Origin: Kiritimatiellia bacterium
GTDB taxonomy: Bacteria; Verrucomicrobiota; Kiritimatiellia; CAIVKH01
Direction of reading: 5' to 3'
Length of the DNA: 64,000 bases
NCBI GenBank assembly: GCA_027493775.1
Contig: JAOSKE010000002.1
Span: forward strand, 407,435 to 471,434
The translations under genes and the position numbers were made by a program. Numbering within the stretch: position 1 is the first letter of the stretch; each line of letters opens with the position of its first letter. Below are positions 1 to 9,631 of this stretch, piece by piece. The notes under the pieces were generated by a model. That model was not told the DNA's origin, did no database searches, and saw nothing but the letters and a program-made list of their open reading frames with translations.

Positions 1-41
1 AAACCCTTCCCCCATCAACTCATCCACTCATCAACCGGCTT

Positions 42-1668
42 ATGGGTATCCCCTTGATGCCTTTTGTGGTTAATTCTGGCGGCATTCATTTTATCGTCCC
101 TTGTCCCCTCCCCCGAAATGAGCTACGGTTAGAGGCTATGAAACAATGGATTTCTGATTCGATCATTTATCAAATTAATCTTCGCGGCCTCGCGATGCGC
201 GAGCCGCGCAATGCGATTGAGGCGGCGACCGAACGTCGGCTTGCAGAATCGCCATTGGCGTATGTCGCCAATCATCTGACGACGATCAAAAAGCTCGGCG
301 CAAATGTCCTCTATTTTATGCCGCCCTATCCCATCGGAAATGCGTTCCGAAAAGGAATCGGGTCGCCCTACTCCATCCGCAACTTTCGCGCGATTGAACC
401 GGAGTACGGAACACTCGAAGAAATGAAATCGCTCGTTCGCAAGGCGCACAAACTTGGATTCAAAGTGATCTTCGACATCACGCCGAACCATACGAGTCGC
501 GACAACGTGTGGATTCGCTCGAATCCCGAATTTTATGTGAAATGCAAAAACGGCGAAATTTTTTTATGACGCGGATTGGTCCGACACCGCAAAGCTCGAC
601 TACACACAACCGGCACTGCGCAAAAGGATGCTGGCGATCTATGACTACTGGCTCAGCTTCCTCGGCAAGGACGCAAAAGGACAGCCCGACGGCATTGATG
701 GGTTTCGTCTCGATATGGCGCACTTCATCAATGACAAGTCGTTTTGGAACGAGGCCATGCCAAGGCTGAAAAAGCGCCACGCTGGCCGCGAACTGCTATT
801 CCTCGCCGAGTGCTACGGCATTGCGAACAATGTGGACCTCTTTGACCGCGGCATCAATGCCGCCTACGATGATGATTTTTACAAAGTCTGCTCGTTCTAT
901 TACGGCATCACAGAGGAAGGGCGCTCAACAATCATCCCGTCAGCCGAGTGCGAGCACAATCACGACTTCAAAGATCGTTATCTAGCTTTTCAAAAAGGCG
1001 GTATCGCAGCCGCGTTCGAGCGCGCCTTATTGAACTACGAGGAAAAATACGCGTCGCAGGGCGCGCCCTGGGTCGCGCGCTATTCCGACAACCACGACGA
1101 GGGGCGGGGATTCTATCTATTTGGCCCCGAGGCAACAAAGGCGATCAATATGCTCGTCTTCATGGCGCCGCGAACAATTCCGTTCATTCTCACGGGCGAA
1201 GAGTTCGGCGCAACAAACCGACCGCCCATTCACGATCGGATGAACCCGATCGGCAAGCGGCGTCGTATCCAAACCGCCACCGGAATTCGTGAGCAGGAGT
1301 CCGTCGAATTCGAGGGCAATTCCTTCGCGCGCGACCCGGCGGAACGCAAAGCGATCTACAAACTCTTCCAAGACCTCATCCGACTCCGCGCACAGAACAA
1401 GGAACTCTCGCAGGGTTCGTTTGCGCTATTCAACGCGGGTGAGGAATCGCCGAGGAAACAGCGCAGCGTCGTCGCGTTTGAACGCAGGTTGGGCAACTCC
1501 ACCGTTCGCTGCGCAATCAATCTCGGGCCAACTGACCGGAAGTTGCGCAACCGCGGGCGATTCAAAGGAACTCGGTTGTTTGGCGCTCTAAAAGGAGACA
1601 CACTGCCCGCCTTCTCTGCGATTGCCGTGAAGGCTCGCACGCAGGAGCGCTCCGTTGGAACAGCTTGA
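42..1668 (+). CDS. glycoside hydrolase family 13 (alpha-amylase family) protein; frameshifted in T7 run 559-565
   Basis: ORFs 42-569 and 628-1668 lie in different frames. The first has YQINLRG and DITPNHTS motifs, the second GFRLDMAHF. Removing one T from the T7 run gives continuous GEIFYDADWSDTAKLDY. Start uncertain: in-frame ATG also at 138 and no upstream stop before the window edge. Confidence 0.8.
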
Positions 1669-1699
1669 AACTTCGGGCATTTCCGGCAAGGCTATACCG

Positions 1700-2743
1700 A
1701 TGAGCAACACACCTCCGCCCCTGCCGCGACCCCGCCGCAAGAAACGTCACATTTGGCCTTGGCTGATTTTCATTCTTGTTGTGGCGGTCATTGTCTTTGC
1801 CGGACGCACACTGCGTCAGGTGAGCAAGTCCAGCGCGCTCGTCCACTCAAAATTGATGCAACGCGGAATGCTCAGTGACCGCGCGGTGGACGAGTTCCCC
1901 GAAATGAACGAGGTCTGGTCGTACGGCAACGGCACAGTAAAAGTCGCGCGTATCGCCGTTCACGGCGTCATTATGCGTACGCCGCAAACCGGCGTATTTG
2001 CAATGCAGGGGAACATGGTGGACACCATCATTTCCCAAATCCGTCACGCGCAGGGAGACGAGAAGATTAAGGCCATAATTCTCGACGTGGACAGCCCTGG
2101 CGGCGGCGTCACCGCGAGCGATGAAATCTACAAGGCGCTCCAGGACTTCCGCGCGAGCAAGGAAGATAGAAAAGTCGTCGTTTATATGCGCGACCTTGCG
2201 GCCTCGGGCGGCTACTACGTTTCGATGGCGAGCGATTGGCTGATCGCACAACCAACCACCGTTCTCGGTTCCATCGGCGTGATTATGCAATCGTACAATG
2301 TGAAGGGCTTGGGCGAAAAATTGGGCGTTACCGATGTGACCATCAAGTCCGGTGCGAACAAGGACCTACTCAACCCATTCAGTGAAGTGGATCCCGCACA
2401 GATGGCGCTGCTGCAGGAGATGATTAATTCGATGTACGAACATTTCCTCGGCATCGTTGCAAAGAATCGCGCGATTCCGGCGCAAGATCTCCGCGCACTT
2501 GCGGACGGTCGCATCTTCGTCGCGGAACGGGCAAAGGAACTCGCGCTGGTGGATCAGATCGGCTACTGGGACGATGTGATGAAAAAGACCGCTGAATTAC
2601 TCGGCGAAGACTCAATCAAAGTCGTTCGCTACGAACAGCCGATGGATTTCATGCGGTGGATCATGGGCATCCGCGCGCCCCTGCAACCTCTGAACTGGCT
2701 GGCCCAATACAACTCCCGCTTCCTCTACCTCTGGCAGCCGTAA
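1700..2743 (+). CDS. sppA: signal peptide peptidase SppA (S49 family, 36K type)
   Basis: N-terminal TM segment WLIFILVVAVIVFA, then S49 motifs (ILDVDSPGGGVTASDEIY, AASGGYYVS). Start chosen at ATG 1700 (MSNTPPP) with upstream AAGG; the ORF track start 1655 overlaps the preceding gene. Confidence 0.85.
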   Translation: MSNTPPPLPRPRRKKRHIWPWLIFILVVAVIVFAGRTLRQVSKSSALVHSKLMQRGMLSDRAVDEFPEMNEVWSYGNGTVKVARIAVHGVIMRTPQTGVFAMQGNMVDTIISQIRHAQGDEKIKAIILDVDSPGGGVTASDEIYKALQDFRASKEDRKVVVYMRDLAASGGYYVSMASDWLIAQPTTVLGSIGVIMQSYNVKGLGEKLGVTDVTIKSGANKDLLNPFSEVDPAQMALLQEMINSMYEHFLGIVAKNRAIPAQDLRALADGRIFVAERAKELALVDQIGYWDDVMKKTAELLGEDSIKVVRYEQPMDFMRWIMGIRAPLQPLNWLAQYNSRFLYLWQP

Positions 2744-2805
2744 CCGCAGGCGTCGGACTGATCCTTGTGTCGGACCAGCCCGACGCCGCCACCTCGCCCC
2801 ACGTT

Positions 2806-3993
2806 CTATTGTTTGCTATAGGCCAGCACAAACCCGGCATAAAACGCGCACGCGCGGGTCAAATGCTCAATCTCGACACACTCATTCGGGGCGTGCGCCA
2901 TGTGTTCATGCCCGGGCCCGAACCCAATGGTCGGAATGTTGTGCATCCCCGCGCTGGCGACGCCGTTTGTGCTGAAGACCCAGTGGCCGACAATCGGCTT
3001 CTCATCGAACACCGCCTGATACGCCTCGCGCGCCTTCTTCACTTCGAGCGTGGATTCCGGCATCTCCCAGGTTGGGAAATACTTCTTCGTCGGATAGGTC
3101 AACCCCGTGTAGCTCGGCGTTGCATAATCAAGCACGCGCACAACCGCCTTCGCCTTCTTCACCGAAGGCAGCGCCTTGATCTGATTCACGGCAATCTTTT
3201 CCGTTTCGCCCACGGTCAAGCGGCGATCCAAATGGATGGCGCATCCGTCCGCGACCGCGCACAAACTCGGCGAGCGCGAACGGATGTGACTGATCGTCAC
3301 GGTGCCCTTGCCCAACGGCTTTTTCGGCTTGAGGCGCGCGTTCAACTTTTCGATATCCGCAATAATCGGCGCCATCTTATAGATCGCGTTCACGCCGCGT
3401 TCGGGCGCGGAGCCGTGGCAGGAAATTCCCGTCGTCTCCACTTCGATTTCCATGCGGCCACGGTGCCCGCGATAAATGCGCAGACTCGTCGGCTCGGTGA
3501 TGACAACCACGTTGGGACGTAGTTTCTCTTCCTTCACCAAATACTGCCAGCACAGCCCGTCACAGTCCTCCTCCTGCACCGTCGCCGTGATAAAGAGCGA
3601 TACATTCTTCGGGAAGCCCATCTTCTTCAAAAGCGCGCCCGCGTAAATTGCCGATGCCACACCGCCCTTCATGTCGCTTGTGCCGCGTCCATACAAACAT
3701 CCATTTTTTACAATCGGCTTGAACGGGTCGGTTTTCCATGCCTTGAGGTCGCCCACATCCACGGTGTCAATGTGCCCGTCAATAGCGATTTGAACCGGCC
3801 CCTTCCCGATTCGCCCGATGACGTTCCCCATCTTGTCCACGCGCACGGAATCGTAGCCGAGCTTCTTCATTTCATCTGCGATGCGGCGCGCAACGCGCCC
3901 CTCCTCGCTACTCAGCGATTTGATTGAGATGATGTCCTTCATGAATTTCAGAAGGCGCGATTCCATTGCCCGACTTGCTGCCAGTATGCTCAT
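2806..3993 (-). CDS. ygeY: YgeY-family M20 peptidase/hydrolase (selenium-metabolism-linked hydrolase family)
   Basis: 395 aa with M20 metallopeptidase motifs (GHIDTV, GRGTSDMKGG, ITEPT). Lies 5 nt downstream of the TrpB-like gene on the same strand. Confidence 0.8.
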   Translation of the reverse strand: MSILAASRAMESRLLKFMKDIISIKSLSSEEGRVARRIADEMKKLGYDSVRVDKMGNVIGRIGKGPVQIAIDGHIDTVDVGDLKAWKTDPFKPIVKNGCLYGRGTSDMKGGVASAIYAGALLKKMGFPKNVSLFITATVQEEDCDGLCWQYLVKEEKLRPNVVVITEPTSLRIYRGHRGRMEIEVETTGISCHGSAPERGVNAIYKMAPIIADIEKLNARLKPKKPLGKGTVTISHIRSRSPSLCAVADGCAIHLDRRLTVGETEKIAVNQIKALPSVKKAKAVVRVLDYATPSYTGLTYPTKKYFPTWEMPESTLEVKKAREAYQAVFDEKPIVGHWVFSTNGVASAGMHNIPTIGFGPGHEHMAHAPNECVEIEHLTRACAFYAGFVLAYSKQ

Positions 3994-3998
3994 GACCT

Positions 3999-5487
3999 TT
4001 ACTCCATGTTTTTCAGTACGCCTGTTGCCTCATTGAATTCCGTGATCCGCCGATCCCATTCGGCGATCCGTTCCTCCGCAAAAATGTCCCGCCAGAACGA
4101 CTCGTCCCACAGCCTCCGCAAGTCTTCCACGTCCCGGCCCTGCTGTTCGACCCAGGTGAAGTATTTGAACTGATGCAACGCCTTCCGTTCCTGATAATTC
4201 AGCTCGCGGAAAAGAGATGTTGTGTGTCCATCGAGATAGGTCGCCGCCACGGAGATCGCATCGCGAGCGCTGAACCGGCCACGCGCCTCCGTCATTTCTT
4301 CGAGGCGCGATCCGTAAAGCTCCATCGAATCCGTAAGCGGAATAAACAGAACGTCATTGCGGTCCATCTCGTAATATTCGGCGGTCTTTACCGCTGCGAC
4401 CAAATTGCAGATTCCGGAAATGCCTGCGAGATCGAGCGATTCAATCGTTGCTTCTGGCACTCCGCTTGCCGCGAGCAAATTTTTTCCCTCTATCTCGTTA
4501 AACAACCGCATGAGCTGCATGACCGCCTCGTCATCCACCGCGGCCACCGCATCGGTATTGCGGACGTTGTGAACCCACGGAACATGCTTGTCCCCGATTC
4601 CCTCGATTCGGTGTGCGCCGAATCCAAACTGGTACAGCGTCGGACACTGTAACGCCTCCGCCGCAACGACACGCAGCTGTGGATATTTTGTCCGCAAATA
4701 ATCGCCCGCCGCAATGGTGCCCGCCGATCCCGTTGCGCTGATAAATCCCGCAAGCCGCGAAGAAGGCCCACGGATCTGATTTTCGTACACCTCGCTGATC
4801 AGCGAACCGGTGACGTGATAATGCCACATCGCGTTTCCAAACTCTTCTGAACTGATTGAAAATCACGATGTCATCGCCGCGCGTGCGGCGTAGCTCCCAG
4901 CACTTGTCGTAAATCTCTTTTACGTTCGACTCCGTGCCCGGCGTCGCAATGATCTCGTCCGTCCCGATCTCGCGCAACCAGTTGAATCGCTCCTGACTCA
5001 TTCCCTCCGGCAGAATCGCAATGGCGGGACAGCCCAGCAGCGCACAGTCGTACGCGCCGCCCCGACAATAGTTGCCGGTGGATGGCCACACGGCCTTTTG
5101 CCGGGTCGGATCGAACTGCCCCGAGACCAGACGCGGCACGAGACATCCATAGGCTGCGCCCACTTTATGGGCGCCCGTCGGAAACCACTTTCCGACAATG
5201 CCCACGATTCGAGCGTCCACCCCCGTCAGCGCCGAGGGAAACTCAATCCAGTTCCCTTCTCCGAATCCGCCTCCGCGCGGCTTCGGCTCGTTCTTCCATG
5301 TGATGCGAAACAAATTCAGCGGATTCACATCCCACAATCCGATGGAGGAAAGTTTTGTCTTAATCGCGGCGGGGATTTGGGAAGGATCCATTTGCTGCGC
5401 GATGGTCGGCAAAATTACATGCCGCTCTCGCGCACGACCAATCGCCCGTTGCAATACGCTCTCTTCCGCCATCAATCCCGTAGTCAT
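3999..5487 (-). CDS. TrpB-like PLP-dependent enzyme (tryptophan synthase beta superfamily); frameshifted near 4848
   Basis: N-terminal ORF 4531-5487 has the PLP-lysine motif FPTGAHKVG and ends ...DIVIFNQF. C-terminal ORF 3999-4829 continues in another frame (EEFGNAMWHYHVTGSL...). A 1-nt indel at about 4848 restores one ~495-aa protein. Confidence 0.75.
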
Positions 5488-5653
5488 CGAACACCCCGCT
5501 GGTTCTTTCCGCTAAAGCGTCGCGCCGACTTCGTCATCAAACAACGGAATAACAGCCTCCGGCGCCCTGATTAGCCCATCGGTAAAACCCTGATCCCTCA
5601 AAAGAGGTTCTTCCCCGATTGCGATTCACAAGGAATTACGCAACCATTCCAAC

Positions 5654-5887
5654 ATGGAAATCAGGTTGGAATATGTCGCAATGCTGAAGACCAACGCGCC
5701 GCCGAGCGGGAGCGTAATGACCGTTCAAGAGGGCATCACGATTGCAGCGCTCTTGGAACAAATCGGAATCCCTGAAAAGCAACGCGGCGTGATCACGCCG
5801 TTTGTGAACACAGCAAAAGTCAGTCAGAACCACGCGCTCCAAAACGACGACCGTGTCTTCCTCGCAATGCCGATCGGTGGCGGGTAA
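5654..5887 (+). CDS. MoaD/ThiS-family ubiquitin-like sulfur-carrier protein
   Basis: 77-aa ORF ending ...AMPIGGG-stop (C-terminal Gly-Gly typical of MoaD/ThiS). Convergent with the xanthine dehydrogenase-like gene, divergent from the TrpB-like/ygeY operon. Confidence 0.7.
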   Translation: MEIRLEYVAMLKTNAPPSGSVMTVQEGITIAALLEQIGIPEKQRGVITPFVNTAKVSQNHALQNDDRVFLAMPIGGG

Positions 5888-6005
5888 GAGCTATTTTGCC
5901 CCGCGAACAACTCGCAACCGCCTCCGCAATTTGCGGGAAGCGGCAGGACAGGCGTCGGCAAAGCATTCGCGCTTATTCGATGTCGTCCGCTGCGTCGGCC
6001 CTCTT

Positions 6006-8330
6006 GTTATCCGCCCTCGCGTTCTTGAATCGCTTTCCAAATGGCATTCGGCATGAACGGAGAGCTGCGCATACGAACGCCCACGGCATTGTAGATGGCG
6101 TTGGCGATGCAGGGGAGCGGGCCGTTGATGCAAATTTCGGAAACGCTCTTTGCGCCGTACGGGCCACTCTTTTTCGTAGCTGGGGACCAGAATGGTCTTC
6201 AGCGCCGGCTTGTCCCGCATGGACATGATCTTGTAGTGCGCGAAGGATGGATTGAGCATCCGCCCGCGTGAACTGAAGCGATACTGCTCCGTCAACGCAT
6301 AGCTGATTCCGTTCAACACGCCGCCCTCGGTCTGGCCCTCGGCCAGCTTCGGGTTCACTGCCGTGCCGCAATCCACCGCTGCGACATAGCGCAGGACGCG
6401 CACCCTGCCGGTCAACGTGTCCACCTCCACTTCGCAGAAATGTGCGGAGAAAGGCGGCGGCGACTTGTGCGTGATATGCGAGGAAATCGCGCCAATTTGG
6501 AACTGGTCCGACCCATAGAGCGAGCGCAGCGCGATTTCCGGAGAACGTGACGGATTTTCCATCCGGCCCAAACGCGCAGTTGTCGCGCAGATCGATTTCC
6601 TTGGGTTTGCATTCCATCATCGCGGCGCCAACACCAGCGATTTGTTTGGCAACTTTTTCGGCGACGTTCTTCACCGCCATTCCGCTGAGATACGTCGTGC
6701 TGGAGGCATACGCGCCAACATCGAACGGGGTTGTGTCCGTGTCCGACGAATAGACGATGAGCTTGTCCACATCGCAGCCGACTGTTTCTGCAGCGATTTG
6801 CGCAAGAATGGTATCGCTCCCCGTCCCGATGTCCGTCGCGCCGACCAGCAAATTGAATGACCCGTCGTCATTCATCTTCATCGTTGCCGCGCCCATATCA
6901 ATTTCGGGGATGCTGGATCCCTGCATCAGCGACGCCATTCCGATGCCGCGACGGAAGCGCCCTTTTTTGTCCTGCCAGCGCCCGCGCTTTTTCCAACCGA
7001 TCTCGCGTGCGCCGAGCTTCATGCACTTCTCCATTTCGCAACTGCCGATGGACTGTTCGACGCCCGCCTTTCCTTCTCCCAGCGCCCGGAAAACCGGCGA
7101 TGTTTCACCCGAGCGAATCGTGTTCATCCGGCGGAACTCCAGCGGGTCCATGCCGAGCATCTCCGCCAGCTCATCCATCATGCAATCAATGCCGAACGTG
7201 GATTGCGTCGCGCCATACCCGCGATACGCTCCGCCGACCGGCAGGTTGGTGTATGCGGATTCGCCGACAAAGTGGATGGTTTTGCTGCGGTACAGCGGAA
7301 GAATTTTGCTGCCGCTATTGCACACCACCGTCAGCGCGTGCGCACCGTACGCCCCCGAGTTTGTGCAGCAATCCAACGCAAGCGCACTGATTGATCCATC
7401 CTTTTTCACGCCGGCACGAATACGCATTTTCTCGGGATGTCGCGTCCGGCTGGAAACAAACTCTTCCTCGCGCGTGTATTTCCAATGCACGGCCCGACCG
7501 GTACGCAACGCGAACATGGCAACCACCGGCTCCAGCAGCACCTCCTGCTTTCCTCCGAAGCCGCCTCCGATGCGGGGTTTCACAACGCGAATCCTGCGCA
7601 CCGGGATCTGAAGCACCTGCGCAACGATGCGGCGGACATGGAACGGCACCTGTGTGCTCGTTGTGACAATCACGCGACCATCTACATCAAGATGCGCGGT
7701 CACGATATGCGGTTCAATCGGACAGTGATGCGCATAGTCCGTGTAAAACTCCCGATCAAGCATCGTGTCCGCCGCCTTCAATTCGGCCTCGACATCCCCC
7801 ACGTCCATTGCGACCCGCGCGGCGAGATTCCGCTGCGGTTCGTATGGAACCGGAATCGGGACATGCGCCTCCGGCTCGTCGTGGATCACAGGCGCACCGG
7901 GCTTGAGCGCGTCATCAATCGTGAATACGGCGGGCAGTTCCTCGTACACCACCTTGATCGCCTTCACTGCTGCGGCAGCCTGTTCCGGCGTATCCGCGGC
8001 AACTGCGGCGACGCGATCACCAACGAAGCGCACTTTATTGTCAAACAGGAAGGAATCGTATGGCGAGGGCTCGGGAAAACCCTGTCCCGCAGTCGTGTGA
8101 ACCACACGCGGAACATTGCCGTGATGCAGGATGCAATGCACCCCCGGCATCTTCTCCGCCTCGCTTACATCAATGGATACAATCCGCGCGTGCGCATGGG
8201 GACTCCACAGCGCCTTCACATACAAGGAGTCGGCGGGCTTCAAATCCGCGACAAACATCGGCTTGCCGGTGGCAAGCGAGAGGGAGTCAATTTTCCGGAC
8301 GGACTTTGCGACAACATTAAATTTCTTCAT
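6006..8330 (-). CDS. xanthine dehydrogenase family molybdopterin-binding subunit (XdhD-like); two frameshifts (~6540 and ~6166)
   Basis: N-terminal 600 aa read in the frame of ORF 5973-8330 up to ...GPDGKSVTFS. The middle (FCEVEVDTLTGRVRVL...GQTEGG...ILVPSYEKE) is in the frame of ORF 5891-6571. The true C-terminus GPYGAKSVSEICINGPLPCIANAIYNAVGVRMRSSPF...EREGG-stop at 6006 is in the third frame. Confidence 0.8.
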
Positions 8331-8788
8331 GACCGCGCCTCCGAAGCAAGTTTGCGTAACGCCGATTCAATCTTCTGATAACCCGTACACCGACACAACT
8401 GGCCGTCCAGCGCGACAGCCAGCTCCTCTTCGGTGGGCGATGGATTTTTGTCAAACAGCGCCTTCGCCGCGAGAATGACTCCAGGCATGCAATACCCGCA
8501 CTGAATCGCGCCCTCCTCCACGAGCGCGTCCTGAATGGGATGCGGATGATCCAACGAACCGATCGCCTCCACCGTTTCCACCGTCCGCCCGTTCACCTGC
8601 CCGGCGTAGGTAAGACAGGAATTAATGAGGCGGCCGTCCACATTCACCGCACACGACCCGCACGCGCCTTCGTTGCACCCAATCTTTACGCTGGCGCAAC
8701 CAAGTTCCCGCAACAGGTCCGCGAGTTTGGTGTTGGCCTCAACTTCCGCCGTTCGCAATTTTCCATTGAGCGTGAATTGAATATTCAT
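8327..8788 (-). CDS. (2Fe-2S)-binding subunit of xanthine dehydrogenase-family enzyme
   Basis: Cys motifs CNEGACGSCAV and CGYCMPG...CRCTGY. Start at ATG 8788 (MNIQFTL) preceded by GGAGGAAGG; the stop overlaps the Mo-subunit start. Confidence 0.85.
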   Translation of the reverse strand: MNIQFTLNGKLRTAEVEANTKLADLLRELGCASVKIGCNEGACGSCAVNVDGRLINSCLTYAGQVNGRTVETVEAIGSLDHPHPIQDALVEEGAIQCGYCMPGVILAAKALFDKNPSPTEEELAVALDGQLCRCTGYQKIESALRKLASEARS

Positions 8789-8790
8789 AA

Positions 8791-9631
8791 TTACCTTCCT
8801 CCCGCCATCCCGCACGCCTCTAAAATCGCATCGGGCAAATGTGCGCGCGCCAGTTGTTTGATGTACTCACTGCTGTATCCGCGATCCCCTTTCCAGGAAA
8901 CACCGGCCAGATGCGCTTCCACGGCGGCGGCGATGTCCGCCTCTGCGCATTTTTTTCCCGACAAGCTCCGCCTCCAATGCCGAGAGTCGGCAAGGCAGCG
9001 GGACGCCCGCTCCAACCGCGACCCGTGCATCCCGAATCGTCCGGCCTTCGCGGCGAATCCATGCCGCAATGGTGAGGTGGCTGAAGTCCATATTAACAAG
9101 GCTCTCCTTGTGATAGCCAAAGCCGGACCCCTCTCCGATTTCCGGAACGGATATTTCAGTGAGCAGGTCGCCCGGCTGAAATAGACGACTCGGTTGACCA
9201 TCGAAAAAGACCGACGCCAGATGCGAGGTTTTTGCCTCGCCCGAAATGGTCATCGTTGCGTTCAGCGCAAGCAGCGCGACAGGAAAATCATTCCACGGAA
9301 AAACGCGGCTGATGTTTCCGCCGATGGTCGTCATATTTCGTAGCGGCTGACTCACAAAGCGAAGCGCGACGCGATCCAGCACCCAGCCCGGAGCGTGAAA
9401 CGCCTGCAAATCCGCAATTCGCGTATTTGCGCCGACCACAAAATGTCCATTTTTGCACTCAACACCTTCGAATCCGATATCGGCAATGTCCACACCGATT
9501 TTTTCGTCATCATTCTTAACAAATGAATGCGACGACGCGCCCGCAAGCGGCATCGCCGTCGGGCCAAGCTCCTTCAACAGTCGGCGCGCATCCGCCAGTG
9601 ATTTCGCGCGGTGATAGGCAGTCAGTTTCAT
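8791..9631 (-). CDS. FAD-binding subunit of xanthine dehydrogenase-family enzyme (YgfM-like); frameshifted in A7/T7 run 8950-8956
   Basis: ORF 8867-9631 (MKLTAYHRAKS...LPCRLSALEAELVGKK) plus the C-terminus in another frame (AEADIAAAVEAHLAGVSWKGDRGYSSEYIKQLA, part of ORF 8791-9201). The junction is at the T7 run. Confidence 0.75.

Noticed and set aside
2656-3522. 288-aa ORF on the plus strand
   Set aside because: Lies antisense to the well-supported ygeY gene; low-complexity Arg/Ala-rich translation typical of spurious ORFs in GC-rich DNA.
5565-5595. CCCTGAT heptamer repeated in the island promoter regions (5565, 5588, 17019) as a regulator half-site
   Set aside because: A 7-mer is expected about eight times by chance in 64 kb on both strands; only the full 18-bp palindrome at 16997-17014 is reported as a feature.
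6006-8330. Possibility that the breaks in the XDH-like gene reflect selenocysteine (TGA) recoding
   Set aside because: The disruptions are frame changes (conserved sequence continues in a different frame), not in-frame TGA codons; no SECIS-like hairpin was noticed.
6757-8378. Plus-strand ORFs 6757-7611, 6857-7390 and 7437-8378
   Set aside because: Antisense to the xanthine dehydrogenase-like Mo-subunit gene; no recognisable motifs and Arg/Pro/Ser-rich composition.
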